From: an uncultured Alphaproteobacteria bacterium
GTDB taxonomy: Bacteria > Pseudomonadota > Alphaproteobacteria > Methylaequorales > Methylaequoraceae
Direction: 5' to 3'
Length of the DNA: 64,000 nucleotides
NCBI GenBank assembly: GCA_902523675.1
Contig: CABZAL010000003.1
Location: 8,571 to 72,570 of the forward strand
Shown: one piece after another, positions 33,200 through 43,858 of the stretch
Layout: each line of letters begins with the position of its first letter
Numbering within the stretch: the stretch's first letter is position 1
The notes under the pieces: generated by a model
What the model was told of the DNA's origin: nothing
Database searches by the model: none
The model's input: the letters and a program-made list of their open reading frames with translations, nothing else
Position numbers and translations under genes: made by a program

Positions 33200-35809
33200 A
33201 TGTTAGATAAACGATTTAATTCAAAAAAGTCGGAAGATGAATGCTTAGCATCCTGGGAAGAAAAAGCTATTTTTGAGTTTAAGGATGAAAAAAAAAAAGA
33301 TCCTTTTTCTATAATGATGCCTCCACCAAATATTACCGGCACTTTACATATGGGACATGCTTTAACTTTTTCTTTGCAAGATATTTTGGTACGTTTTCAA
33401 AAAAAATTAGGAAAATCAGTTCTTTGGCAAGCCGGGACTGATCATGCTGGAATAGCTACGGAGATAGTAGTAGAAAAAAACTTAAATTTGAACACTGAAG
33501 AGAAGAAAGATAAAGGAAGAGAAGAATTTCTTAAAGAAGTTTGGAAATGGAAAGAAAAATCAGGAAATACTATAGTGCAACAACTCAAAAGACTTGGTGC
33601 AGCTGTAGACTGGAGTAGACAAAGGTTTACAATGGATCAAGGTTTAAGTTTGGCAGTAAAAAAAACATTCGTAGAACTATATAACGAGGGAATTATTTAT
33701 AAAGATAAAAGATTGGTGAACTGGGATCCTACATTGCAAACAGCGGTGTCAGACCTAGAGGTTAATCAAAATGATGTTAAAGGAAAACTTTGGTTTCTTA
33801 AATATCAAATTTATAACTCTAATGATTTTATTGAAATTGCGACAACAAGACCTGAAACAATTTTTGGAGATACTGGAATTGCAGTACATCCAGACAATAA
33901 AAAATATGCTAAATTTATAAACAAATTTGCTATAGTTCCTGTAATAAATAAAAAAATTCCAATATTTGGCGATGAATACGCGGATCCCAAAAAAGGTACT
34001 GGAGCAGTAAAAATCACTCCAGCTCACGATTTTAACGATTTTATTGTTGGAAAAAGAAATTCTTTAGAAATAGTTAATATATTTGACAAATCTGCAAAAC
34101 TTAACATTAATACTCCTCAAGATTTTCGAGGGTTAGATAGATTCTATGCGAGAAAAAAATTAGTTAAATTTTTAAAAGATAATTCCATTATATCCAAAAC
34201 TGAGGATCATTCAATGACAATTCCAGTGGGGGAAAGAACTGGAACAATAATTGAACCATTATTAACTGATCAATGGTTTTGTAATGCTAAAAAACTATCA
34301 GCACCAATAAATGACTTAATAAAAAAAAAAAAAATCAGATTTCATCCGGAAAGTTGGACAAAAACTTTTAATCATTGGATTAAAAATATTGAACCTTGGT
34401 GTATTTCAAGACAAATTTGGTGGGGGCACAGAATTCCTGCCTGGTACGGCGAGAATGGAGAAATATATGTTGCCATTGATGAAAATGAAGCTATTGAAAA
34501 AGCTAAAGATAAATTCAACGAAAAAAAAATAAAACTTATTCAAGACGAAGATGTTCTTGATACATGGTTTTCTTCAGCATTGTGGCCTTTTTCTACGCTA
34601 GGTTGGCCAGAAAAAACAGATGAAATAAAAAAATATTATCCCACAAGTGTTTTAATTACTGGTTTTGATATAATTTTTTTTTGGGTTGCTAGAATGATTA
34701 TGATGGGACAAAAATTTATTGATGATGTTCCTTTTAAAGATATTTATATTCATCCACTTGTAAAAGATCATGAAGGAAAAAAAATGTCAAAGTCTAAGGG
34801 TAATGTTATTGATCCATTAACTTTAATTGAGGTTTATGGAGCTGATGCTTTGAGATTCACTCTTGCAGATTTATCAACACAAGGAAGAGATATAAAATTA
34901 TCAGACAAACTGGTAGAAAACAGTAGAAATTTTATTACAAAAATTTGGAATGTAGCAAGATTTTTTGAGATGAGTAAATTTAAATATAAAAAAAATTTTA
35001 GTACAAACGACAGTAAACTTCTAATAAATTTCTGGATTGTAAAAAAGTTTTTAAATACTCAGGAAAAAGTTATTAACTATGTTGAAAATTTCTATTTTAA
35101 TAGAGCAACTGAAAAGTTATATCATTTTATATGGAATGATTTTTGTGATCTATATATTGAATTTATTAAACCTTATTTAAAATCAAAGCGATATTTTACT
35201 GAAATAAACAATACATTTTCATGGGTGTTTAAAAATATTCTAAATTTATTAAACCCATTTATGCCATTTGTTACCGAGGAAATTTCAATAAGACTTAATT
35301 TCATTAACGATCACGAGCTTTTCAACGAAGAAATTAATGTCTTAGAAAATTTAAGATTGAGGGATACCAAACCTCTTGAGAAGTTTATAATGTTAGTAAA
35401 AAACATAAGAGAAAATTTTCAAAATGAAAAGTTAAATACAGATTTATACATAAGTACAAAAAAAAATATTAATTTTTTAATAGACAATGAGATAATACTT
35501 AATTCAATGTTTGGTTTAAAACAAATAAAAAATGTAAAGATACTGGAATCTAATAAATTTAAAATATTCGTTTCGTCTGAGATAAAATACGGCATTTATA
35601 ACCACAAGAACAGTTCAAATAGAGATATCCAAAAACAAATAAAATTTTACGAAGAGGAAATTAAGATCTTTGAAAAAAAATTATCAAATGAAAAGTTTAG
35701 AAAAAATGCTCCTAAAAAAATTGTTGAAAAAGATCAAGAAAAATTAGCAAAAGCAAAAGAAAATTTGAAACTTTTAGTTTTAAAAAATGATGAAGAAAAT
35801 TTATTATAG
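33200..35809 (+). CDS. valS: valine--tRNA ligase
   Basis: 869 aa. HIGH region PPPNITGTLHMGHAL, KMSKS region KMSKSKGNVI, C-terminal coiled coil. Confidence 0.95.
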   Translation: MLDKRFNSKKSEDECLASWEEKAIFEFKDEKKKDPFSIMMPPPNITGTLHMGHALTFSLQDILVRFQKKLGKSVLWQAGTDHAGIATEIVVEKNLNLNTEEKKDKGREEFLKEVWKWKEKSGNTIVQQLKRLGAAVDWSRQRFTMDQGLSLAVKKTFVELYNEGIIYKDKRLVNWDPTLQTAVSDLEVNQNDVKGKLWFLKYQIYNSNDFIEIATTRPETIFGDTGIAVHPDNKKYAKFINKFAIVPVINKKIPIFGDEYADPKKGTGAVKITPAHDFNDFIVGKRNSLEIVNIFDKSAKLNINTPQDFRGLDRFYARKKLVKFLKDNSIISKTEDHSMTIPVGERTGTIIEPLLTDQWFCNAKKLSAPINDLIKKKKIRFHPESWTKTFNHWIKNIEPWCISRQIWWGHRIPAWYGENGEIYVAIDENEAIEKAKDKFNEKKIKLIQDEDVLDTWFSSALWPFSTLGWPEKTDEIKKYYPTSVLITGFDIIFFWVARMIMMGQKFIDDVPFKDIYIHPLVKDHEGKKMSKSKGNVIDPLTLIEVYGADALRFTLADLSTQGRDIKLSDKLVENSRNFITKIWNVARFFEMSKFKYKKNFSTNDSKLLINFWIVKKFLNTQEKVINYVENFYFNRATEKLYHFIWNDFCDLYIEFIKPYLKSKRYFTEINNTFSWVFKNILNLLNPFMPFVTEEISIRLNFINDHELFNEEINVLENLRLRDTKPLEKFIMLVKNIRENFQNEKLNTDLYISTKKNINFLIDNEIILNSMFGLKQIKNVKILESNKFKIFVSSEIKYGIYNHKNSSNRDIQKQIKFYEEEIKIFEKKLSNEKFRKNAPKKIVEKDQEKLAKAKENLKLLVLKNDEENLL

Positions 35810-36557
35810 AAATCTTTGTTTTTTGACCAATAAAAAACTTAAAAATGATTATGACATTTTATTTGTATTACCAGGACTTGCATCTAAAGCAGAAGAATAT
35901 GATTATTTTTTAAAAATTACAAAAAGAAATTTTCAAGTTTTAATACTTGATTTTTTTTTCTTTAAAAATCTTTCACATAAATATGGTGTTGACTATTTAT
36001 TTTATATTTCAAGACAAATTTATTTATTTTTAAAATTTAAAAAAATTAAAAAATTTCATTTTTATGTTCACTCGATGAGCTCCATTATTCCAATTTTACT
36101 TTTTAAATATTTTGTGAAGAAACGAAAATTATCTTATTTAATTAATAATGAAGGTAATTTAATCCCTTCAGACTGTTCTTTTATAACAAAAAAAACGGTT
36201 TCATATGATAATAATTTTTTTAAGAACAGTGGATATTTAAATCTAATTAAAAAAACTCAGTTTTCAGATAAATTAGAGATTAAAGATTGGTCAGCAAATT
36301 TGTTAGATTTTGATGCTAATAATTTTTATAATTTTTGTAAATCTACTTATTTTTGGTCAAATAAGGTTAATTTATTATTTTACTTTAAAATTTTTTTTAA
36401 AAAAAAAATTTACTTATATGGAGAAAAAAGTAAAAATCCTATTGTATTAAAAAAACTTATTGGTTGTAAAATGGTAAAAATTAGTAATTCAAATCATTTT
36501 TCTCATATTTATAAAAAAAGTTTTTTTAATAGATCACTTTTAAAACTTTTAACCTAA
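35787..36557 (+). CDS. hypothetical protein, possibly a degenerate alpha/beta-hydrolase fold
   Basis: 256 aa. [22 protein letters not shown] (in place of a GxSxG elbow) and a C-terminal SNSNHFSHI are spaced like the oxyanion, nucleophile and His segments of alpha/beta hydrolases. The sequence is very low complexity. Confidence 0.35.
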   Translation: MMKKIYYRNLCFLTNKKLKNDYDILFVLPGLASKAEEYDYFLKITKRNFQVLILDFFFFKNLSHKYGVDYLFYISRQIYLFLKFKKIKKFHFYVHSMSSIIPILLFKYFVKKRKLSYLINNEGNLIPSDCSFITKKTVSYDNNFFKNSGYLNLIKKTQFSDKLEIKDWSANLLDFDANNFYNFCKSTYFWSNKVNLLFYFKIFFKKKIYLYGEKSKNPIVLKKLIGCKMVKISNSNHFSHIYKKSFFNRSLLKLLT

Positions 36558-36559
36558 AT

Positions 36560-38278
36560 TTGCTGATGAAGAAAGATAAGTTACCAAGTAGGCATGTCAG
36601 TTTGGGCCCAGAGTCGGCTCCTCATAGATCATATTATTATGCTATGGGAATGACTGAAAAGGATATAAAACAACCATTTGTTGGTGTTGCAACTTGTTGG
36701 AATGAAGCCGCACCATGTAATATTTCACTTTCGAGGCAAGCACAATCCGTTAAAGAAGGAGTTATAAAAAAACATGGAACTCCAAGAGAATTTACAACCA
36801 TCAGTGTAACCGATGGAATTGCTATGGGTCATGAAGGAATGAAATCCTCCCTTGTATCTAGGGATGTTATTGCTGATTCAATTGAAGTAACTATCAGAGG
36901 ACACTGTTATGATGGATTAGTAGGCATAGCTGGATGTGATAAATCACTACCAGGGATAATGATGTCGATGTTAAGACTCAATATACCTTCAGTATTTTTA
37001 TACGGAGGTTCAATATTGCCTGGGGTTTATAAAAAAAAAGAAATTACGGTTCAAGATGTTTTTGAAGCTGTTGGTCAATATGCTGCTCATCAAATCTCTG
37101 AAACTGAGTTGAAACAAATTGAGAAGGTTGCTTGTCCTTCGGCTGGTTCATGTGGAGGTCAATTTACAGCAAATACAATGGCTTGTGTTTCAGAGGCTAT
37201 AGGATTAGCAATACCAGGATCTACCTCAACACCTGCACCGTTCGAATCTAGAGACAAATTTGCTCTTGAAGCTGGAAAAATTGTAATGGAGTTAATAAAA
37301 AAACAACTTAAACCAAGAGATATCGTAACAAAAAAATCGTTAGAAAATGCAGCAAGAATTGTTGCTTGCAGCGGCGGTTCAACAAATGCAGCACTTCACA
37401 TACCAGCTCTGGCAAATGAAATTGGTATAGACTTCAGTTTATTTGATGTTGCAGAAATTTTTAAAAACACTCCGTACATAGCAGATTTAAAACCAGGTGG
37501 CAGGTATCTTGCAAAAGACCTTTATGAGATAGGGGGAGTTCCAATATTAATGAAAGCTCTGCTTGAGGGAGGCTATCTTCATGAAGACTGTATGACTGTT
37601 ACAGGCAAAACAATTGGTGAAAATCTATCTGATATAAAATTTAGCACAACAAATCAAAAGATTATTTATTCAACCTCAAACCCAATAACTGAAACAGGTG
37701 GTGTTGTTGGATTGAAGGGAAATCTTGCTCCTGATGGCGCGATTGTAAAAATTGCAGGAATGAAATCTTTATACTTTGAAGGAACAGCTAGATGTTTTAA
37801 TTGTGAGGAGGATGCTTTCGAGGCTGTAAAAAACAAGGAATATAATGCCGGTGATGTTATTATTATTAGATACGAGGGACCAAAAGGGGGACCTGGAATG
37901 CGAGAAATGTTAGCAACAACGGCAGCAATATATGGACAAGGTATGGGTGAAAAAGTAGCTTTAATTACTGATGGAAGATTTTCAGGCGCCACAAGAGGAT
38001 TTTGTGTTGGACATGTTGGGCCAGAAGCAGCTTTGGGTGGACCGATTGGATTGATAAAAAATGGTGACAAAATTCTAATTGATGCACAAAACGGTATTAT
38101 TAGTTGTGAATTAAGTATTGAAGAACTGGCAAATAGAAAGAAAATATGGAAGATAAAGGAAAATGAATTCGCCTCTGGAGCTTTATGGAAATATTCTCAA
38201 TTGGTTGGACCGGCAAAGGATGGAGCTGTTACTCATCCGGGTGGAAAATATGAAAAAAAAAATTATTCTGATATTTGA
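36560..38278 (+). CDS. ilvD: dihydroxy-acid dehydratase
   Basis: 572 aa. Motifs [26 protein letters not shown] and [15 protein letters not shown] start, or ATG 6 nt later. Confidence 0.95.
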   Translation: MLMKKDKLPSRHVSLGPESAPHRSYYYAMGMTEKDIKQPFVGVATCWNEAAPCNISLSRQAQSVKEGVIKKHGTPREFTTISVTDGIAMGHEGMKSSLVSRDVIADSIEVTIRGHCYDGLVGIAGCDKSLPGIMMSMLRLNIPSVFLYGGSILPGVYKKKEITVQDVFEAVGQYAAHQISETELKQIEKVACPSAGSCGGQFTANTMACVSEAIGLAIPGSTSTPAPFESRDKFALEAGKIVMELIKKQLKPRDIVTKKSLENAARIVACSGGSTNAALHIPALANEIGIDFSLFDVAEIFKNTPYIADLKPGGRYLAKDLYEIGGVPILMKALLEGGYLHEDCMTVTGKTIGENLSDIKFSTTNQKIIYSTSNPITETGGVVGLKGNLAPDGAIVKIAGMKSLYFEGTARCFNCEEDAFEAVKNKEYNAGDVIIIRYEGPKGGPGMREMLATTAAIYGQGMGEKVALITDGRFSGATRGFCVGHVGPEAALGGPIGLIKNGDKILIDAQNGIISCELSIEELANRKKIWKIKENEFASGALWKYSQLVGPAKDGAVTHPGGKYEKKNYSDI

Positions 38279-39057
38279 TCAATTTTCATCCAAATAGGAA
38301 CATGATCTGAGGGCTTTGGAAGACCTCTAAAATTTGAACAAATATCAAATGTATTTATTTTGTCAATTAAATTTGGAGTTACCAAAAAATGATCGATTAA
38401 AAGTCCGTCATTTCTATCCCATGCAGCTTTTTGATAATCCCAAAAACTAAACTTTTCACCTGGTAAAAAAAATTTTCTTATTACATTAAACATTCCCAAT
38501 CCAATTATTTCTCTAAAAATATTAATAATCTTTTTATGACCCAGCGCATCGTTTTTCCATTCATTAAAATTTTTTACATCTTTAAAGTTTTCTAAAACAT
38601 TAAAATCTCCACCCAAAATTAATTTTTTTTCTCCATAAATATACGATTCCAAAAGACACTTTAGGTTTTTTAGCCATTCTACTTTATATTCAAATTTTTT
38701 ATCATCTGTTACTGGATTCCCGTTTGGAACATAAACATTACATAAATCAATATCGTGATCTACCAAATGAATCATAATGAATCTTGCTTGAAGATCAGTA
38801 TTAATTTGTTTATTAATGTTCTCACAAATATTTATTTTGATATTTTTTTTTACAGCAATTGCAACACCGTTTCTGGCTTTTTGACCAATAACAAAACAAT
38901 CATAATTTAGATTTTCAAAAAAAAGATAAGGAAATTGACTTTCTTCACATTTGATCTCTTGTAAAAATAAAATGTTTGGCTTAACTTTATTAATAAATCT
39001 CAATATTAATTCTTCTCTAATCCTAACTGAATTTATATTCCATGAAGATAGAATCAT
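38263..39057 (-). CDS. xthA: exodeoxyribonuclease III (AP endonuclease)
   Basis: 264 aa. Motifs [19 protein letters not shown] and PSDHVPIW. Confidence 0.9.
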   Translation of the reverse strand: MILSSWNINSVRIREELILRFINKVKPNILFLQEIKCEESQFPYLFFENLNYDCFVIGQKARNGVAIAVKKNIKINICENINKQINTDLQARFIMIHLVDHDIDLCNVYVPNGNPVTDDKKFEYKVEWLKNLKCLLESYIYGEKKLILGGDFNVLENFKDVKNFNEWKNDALGHKKIINIFREIIGLGMFNVIRKFFLPGEKFSFWDYQKAAWDRNDGLLIDHFLVTPNLIDKINTFDICSNFRGLPKPSDHVPIWMKIDQISE

Positions 39058-39063
39058 GAAGAC

Positions 39064-39387
39064 TCAGATTGAGAAAGAGGTGCCACAACCACAAGTTGAT
39101 GAAGCTTTTGGATTTTCAATTCTGAAATAGGATCCCATCATATCAGAAACAAAGTCTATTTTTGATCCACTAATTATTTCAAGAGAGGTTTTGTCGACTA
39201 ATATTTTTACTTTATTAAAGTCAAATACTTGATCATCTTCACCGATCTTGTCCTCGAAATAAAATTTGTAAGAGAATCCTTGACACCCACCTCCATCAAT
39301 AGAAACCCTAAAAAAACATTTTTCATGATTTTTCTTTTTACTTACCTCTAAAATTCTTGAAATAGCGTTATTTGTGACAGTAATCAT
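39064..39387 (-). CDS. erpA: iron-sulfur cluster insertion protein (HesB/IscA/ErpA family)
   Basis: 107 aa. GGCQGFSY plus the C-terminal CGCGTSFSI. Confidence 0.85.
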   Translation of the reverse strand: MITVTNNAISRILEVSKKKNHEKCFFRVSIDGGGCQGFSYKFYFEDKIGEDDQVFDFNKVKILVDKTSLEIISGSKIDFVSDMMGSYFRIENPKASSTCGCGTSFSI

Positions 39388-39453
39388 TGCTGAATTTTTT
39401 TTTTAGTTTAATCTCTTATACCAGAATATTTTTTAAAATCAAAGCTTAGGTAA

Positions 39454-40593
39454 ATGAATTATTCTAAATTTTCAACATTCGCTTCGCAGACAAAAGGAAG
39501 AGTTTTTTTAGAAAAACCGGATAAACATCGAACATGTTACATGAGAGATAGGGACAGAATTATTCATTGTGCTGCTTTTAGAAAATTAAAGTACAAAACG
39601 CAGGTTTTTGTATACCATGAGGGTGACTATTATAGAACGAGATTATCTCACAGTATTGAAGTTTCACAGTTGGCAAGATCAATTTCAAAAATATTTAAAG
39701 TCAATGATGACCTCGCAGAAGCAATTGCATTAGCACATGATGTAGGCCATACTCCTTTTGGTCATGCTGGAGAGGAAGCACTCAACAGTAAATTACATAA
39801 AATTGGAGGATTTAACCACAATTTCCAAGCATTAAAAATTTTAACTTTATTAGAAAAGAAATATTTTGGATTTGATGGATTAAATCTTTCATGGGAGACT
39901 CTTGAGGGTATATTAAAGCATAACGGACCGGTAAAAGAGAAAATTCCTTCATATATTTACAAATTTGTTAATTTTTTTGAAGGAGATTTGGGATTGAATG
40001 CGTCATTTGAAGGCCAGATAGCCTCTATTTCAGATGATATTGCATATAACAATAACGATATTGATGATGGTCTTCATGCTGAATTGTTTACTATAGAAGA
40101 ACTCGAAAACGTAACTCTAGTTAGGGAAAGTCTAAAAAAAATTAAAATTAAAAACTTTAGAAATGACAATTATAAATTAAGGCATGAACTAGTGAGATTA
40201 CTAATTAATACCATGATAAATGATCTAGTAATTAACACAAAAATAAATCTTTTACATTTAAAACCTACAGATGTTTTTGATATTATTAGAATTAAAAAAA
40301 ATATTGTGAGTTTTAGTGATGATATGGTCCATAAAGAAGAAGAATTAAGAACATTTTTAAAAAAAAAAATGTATAATCACATAACTGTTAAAACAATGAC
40401 GTTTAAGGCTAAAAAAATTGTTTTAGAACTTTTTGATTTATTTGTTGAAGAATTTCAACTTTTACCAAAAGTTTGGAGAACTTTTGAAACAAAAAGCGAG
40501 CTTATGCTTAATGTGGCAGATTATATTTCGGGTTTGACAGACAAGAACGCTATTTCAATTCATAATAAATTTTTTAATTTGTATAATATCTAA
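39454..40593 (+). CDS. dgt: dGTP triphosphohydrolase-like HD-domain protein
   Basis: 379 aa. Motifs RTRLSHSIEVSQLAR, AHDVGHTPFGH and ADYISGLTD. Confidence 0.85.
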   Translation: MNYSKFSTFASQTKGRVFLEKPDKHRTCYMRDRDRIIHCAAFRKLKYKTQVFVYHEGDYYRTRLSHSIEVSQLARSISKIFKVNDDLAEAIALAHDVGHTPFGHAGEEALNSKLHKIGGFNHNFQALKILTLLEKKYFGFDGLNLSWETLEGILKHNGPVKEKIPSYIYKFVNFFEGDLGLNASFEGQIASISDDIAYNNNDIDDGLHAELFTIEELENVTLVRESLKKIKIKNFRNDNYKLRHELVRLLINTMINDLVINTKINLLHLKPTDVFDIIRIKKNIVSFSDDMVHKEEELRTFLKKKMYNHITVKTMTFKAKKIVLELFDLFVEEFQLLPKVWRTFETKSELMLNVADYISGLTDKNAISIHNKFFNLYNI

Positions 40594-40594
40594 A

Positions 40595-42313
40595 ATGTAC
40601 TTTTATGAAAACTTAAAACTCACTTTATTCGATATCCTTAAACTTATGAGTCAACAAAAGATTTTGAGAAACAAAGGTTTTGAAAAAAAAAAATTTAATG
40701 TTGAGACTTCTTCTAACTCTGATTTTGGTGATATTTCAACAAACATTGCCATGGTATATTGGAAAGATTCAGTCTTTAATTTATATGAATTCGCAGAAAA
40801 TATAAAAGAGAAACTACTTAAAAAATCAGATATTGAAATGGTTGAGATCAAAAATCCTGGGTTTATAAATATCTTTTTAAAAAAGTCATTTATTCAAAAT
40901 CAATTAAAACTAGTTCAAATTAATAAAATAAAAAAGGTGAGTAACAAAAAAAAAATAAATATTGAATATGTTTCAGCCAATCCTACTGGTTTAATGCATG
41001 TTGGTCATGCAAGAGGTGCAGTTCTCGGAGACTCTCTTGCAAATTTATTAAAATCAGTCGGTCATGATGTTGTAAAAGAATATTATATTAACGATGCTGG
41101 AAAACAAATTGAATTTTTAAAAGATACAATCTTATTCCATAAAAATAATAAAAAAAAAAAATATAAAGATGATTTTTTAAAAAATTTGTATCCAGGTGAA
41201 TATTTAGAAAAAGTTTCAGAAAATATTAGTACAGACTTATTTACAAACGAAAATCTCGAAAATTCAGAAGAAATAAAAAAAAATGCTGTAAATTATATTT
41301 TAAAAGATATAAAAAAAGATTTAAAGGATATTGGAGTTCATCACGATGTCTTTGTCTCTGAAAAAGAGATTTCTACTGATACGCAAGTAAAAAATATTAT
41401 TTCAATTTTAAAAAAAAAAAAATTAGTATACGAAGGGTTTCAAGATAAACCTAAAGGAATTGATAAGAAAAATTGGATCAAAAAAAAACAATTATTATTT
41501 AAATCTAAATTACTCAATGATGATTCTGATAGAGCTTTAATTAAACCTAACGGAGATTTAACTTATTTCATGTCTGATATAATATATCACGGAAAAAAAA
41601 TTGAGAAGAAGTATGATATTTTAATTAATATCTGGGGCAAAGATCACAGTGGATATGTAGCAAGACTAGAAAATGCAATAAAATCAGCATTTAATGAAGA
41701 TTTTAAATTGAAAGTAAAGCTTACAGCTTTAGTAAACTTGATCAAAGATAATAAAGTACTAAAAATGTCAAAAAGACAAGGTACATACATTACTTTGAGA
41801 GATGTATTAAAAGAGGTTGGAAAAGATGCATTGAGATTCATGATGATATCTAGAAGTTCAGATAAAGTTTTGGATTTTGATTTTGATTTAATTAAATCTA
41901 GAAACAAAGATAATCCAGTTTTTTATGTTCAATATGCTCACGCTAGATGTTGTTCAATAAATAAAATTGCCAATCAAATCTTTGAAGAAAAAATTACAAA
42001 GAAGGAACTAGACTTTTCTTTGCTTAATTTACCAGAAGAAATATCACTTATTAAATTATTGTGTTTATTTAATAAAAACATAGAATTAGCTGTAGAAAGT
42101 TATGAACCCAATAAGTTAACAAATTATTTATATGAGTTATCAAAAAATTTTCACTCTTACTGGTCTCTTGGCACTTTAAATAGTGGTAAAAGGATTTTAG
42201 TTGAAAAGAATATAAAATTATCTTCAGCTAGATTAGGCTTGGTAAATGGTGTTAAAAAAATTATTTCCCAAGGTTTAAAAATATTAGATATTTCTTCGCC
42301 AAGTAGCATGTAA
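40595..42313 (+). CDS. argS: arginine--tRNA ligase
   Basis: 572 aa. HIGH region SANPTGLMHVGHARG, an MSKRQG element, and a C-terminal DALR anticodon-binding region. Confidence 0.93.
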   Translation: MYFYENLKLTLFDILKLMSQQKILRNKGFEKKKFNVETSSNSDFGDISTNIAMVYWKDSVFNLYEFAENIKEKLLKKSDIEMVEIKNPGFINIFLKKSFIQNQLKLVQINKIKKVSNKKKINIEYVSANPTGLMHVGHARGAVLGDSLANLLKSVGHDVVKEYYINDAGKQIEFLKDTILFHKNNKKKKYKDDFLKNLYPGEYLEKVSENISTDLFTNENLENSEEIKKNAVNYILKDIKKDLKDIGVHHDVFVSEKEISTDTQVKNIISILKKKKLVYEGFQDKPKGIDKKNWIKKKQLLFKSKLLNDDSDRALIKPNGDLTYFMSDIIYHGKKIEKKYDILINIWGKDHSGYVARLENAIKSAFNEDFKLKVKLTALVNLIKDNKVLKMSKRQGTYITLRDVLKEVGKDALRFMMISRSSDKVLDFDFDLIKSRNKDNPVFYVQYAHARCCSINKIANQIFEEKITKKELDFSLLNLPEEISLIKLLCLFNKNIELAVESYEPNKLTNYLYELSKNFHSYWSLGTLNSGKRILVEKNIKLSSARLGLVNGVKKIISQGLKILDISSPSSM

Positions 42314-42318
42314 AGATT

Positions 42319-42855
42319 ATGAAATTATTAAAATTATCATTTATTACAATTTCTTTTATATTGAATGTAAGTTTAATTTTTTACACATATAAGGTTGCGG
42401 TGCCAGAAAAATCATTGATTGTATTAGAACCAGAAAAGCTGAAGTATAAGAAAAAAATACCATATTTAAATGAAACAAAAAAGTTAGAAGTTTATGAAAT
42501 TATTAACTCAGAAGATAAAATAAAGGTTACAGATTCAATAAAAATTAAAAAACAAAATTATGACAAAATTTTAAAAGCTAACATAAACTCTAGTAAAAAT
42601 GAATACCGAATACAAATTGCGTCATTAAAAGACGAAAATAAAATAAAAACAGTTTATGAACAGATTAAGAATGAGTTTCCAAAATATTTTCAAGACAAAG
42701 AACCATTTATAGAAAAAAAATATATTGAAAAAAAAGGTAATTTTTATAGAGTTCAAAGTCAAGAGTTGTATAATAAAAAGGATGCAAAAAAATTGTGTAA
42801 ATTATTAGCTTTGAAAAAATTTAATTGTTATATGGTAAAAGTTAGTGCCAAATAA
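42319..42855 (+). CDS. SPOR-domain membrane-anchored protein
   Basis: 178 aa with an N-terminal TM. The C-terminal YRIQIASLKDENK...FYRVQS...DAKKLCKLL fits a SPOR repeat. Confidence 0.6.
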   Translation: MKLLKLSFITISFILNVSLIFYTYKVAVPEKSLIVLEPEKLKYKKKIPYLNETKKLEVYEIINSEDKIKVTDSIKIKKQNYDKILKANINSSKNEYRIQIASLKDENKIKTVYEQIKNEFPKYFQDKEPFIEKKYIEKKGNFYRVQSQELYNKKDAKKLCKLLALKKFNCYMVKVSAK

Positions 42856-43858
42856 AATACCAGATGGTATTATTTTATCTTGCAAATCTTTTAGACTAGA
42901 AAAGAAAGAAATCGATTTTTTTTCTAAAACCAACCCTTTTGGATTTATCTTATTTTCAAGAAATTTTAAATCAAAATCACAAGTCAAAAAATTAATTTCA
43001 GACCTAAAAATTATTACTAAAAACTCTGAAGCTCTTATTTTTGTTGACCAAGAAGGAGGTAAAGTCCAAAGATTTAACAATGATGAGTTTAGCACTATTC
43101 CTGATCAAAGATATTTCGGTAATATTTATAAAAAAAGTAAAAAAAAAGGTCTAAAACTCTCTTACTTAAATGCAAGAATAATCGCTCACGAATTAAAAGA
43201 AATAGGAATCGATGTAAACTGTTCACCTGTCTTAGACTTGTATAGACAAAATTCTAATAAAATTATTGATAGTAGATCTTTTGGTTCTCAGGCAAAAACT
43301 GTTACGGAACTTGGTAGACAGTATTGCATCGCATTTTTAGATGGTGGTATTTTGCCTGTAATAAAACATTTTCCTGGACATGGTAGAGCAAAAGTAGATA
43401 GTCATTTGGATTTACCTATTATCAAGACAGCCAAACATATTCTTTTAAATCATGACATCAAACCTTTTAAAAAGCTAAATGATCAAATTTTTATAATGAT
43501 TTCACATATCCTGTATGAAAAATTAGATAAAAAGATTGCTCCATATTCTAAAAAAATATTAATAAAACTTTTAAAGGAAAAATTAAAATTTAAAGGATTA
43601 ACTATTTCTGATGATATTTCCATGCTAGCTCTAAAGGGGTCTCTTAAAAAAAGAATTAAGAGTTGTTATGTTGGAGGTTGTGATTTGGTAATGTATTGTT
43701 CAGGCGATCTTAGAGAAATGAAAATGATCTATGAGTTTTCAAAACCGATCGAAAAAAAGAAATTTGAATACTTTAAAAACTTTATGAGTAATAATAAGGT
43801 AAAAAAAATTAATATCAAAAAAGCAAGAAAAAAAGTATATGAATCAAGAATTATATGA
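42845..43858 (+). CDS. nagZ: beta-N-acetylhexosaminidase (GH3)
   Basis: 337 aa. Motifs FVDQEGGKVQRF and IKHFPGHGRAKVDSH. GTG start overlapping the SPOR gene by 11 nt. Confidence 0.85.
   Translation: MPNKIPDGIILSCKSFRLEKKEIDFFSKTNPFGFILFSRNFKSKSQVKKLISDLKIITKNSEALIFVDQEGGKVQRFNNDEFSTIPDQRYFGNIYKKSKKKGLKLSYLNARIIAHELKEIGIDVNCSPVLDLYRQNSNKIIDSRSFGSQAKTVTELGRQYCIAFLDGGILPVIKHFPGHGRAKVDSHLDLPIIKTAKHILLNHDIKPFKKLNDQIFIMISHILYEKLDKKIAPYSKKILIKLLKEKLKFKGLTISDDISMLALKGSLKKRIKSCYVGGCDLVMYCSGDLREMKMIYEFSKPIEKKKFEYFKNFMSNNKVKKINIKKARKKVYESRII

Noticed and set aside
37666-38070. 134-aa Pro/Gly/Ser-rich ORF antisense to ilvD. Similar antisense or alternate-frame ORFs occur in valS (33755-34027, 33811-34017), the ABC ATPase (27785-28159), the ALDH (1630-1824, 2596-2850) and the RND pump (8376-9596).
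   Set aside because: They lie inside strongly supported, motif-rich genes. They have low-complexity composition typical of the reverse frame of conserved genes, and no start context or independent motif.
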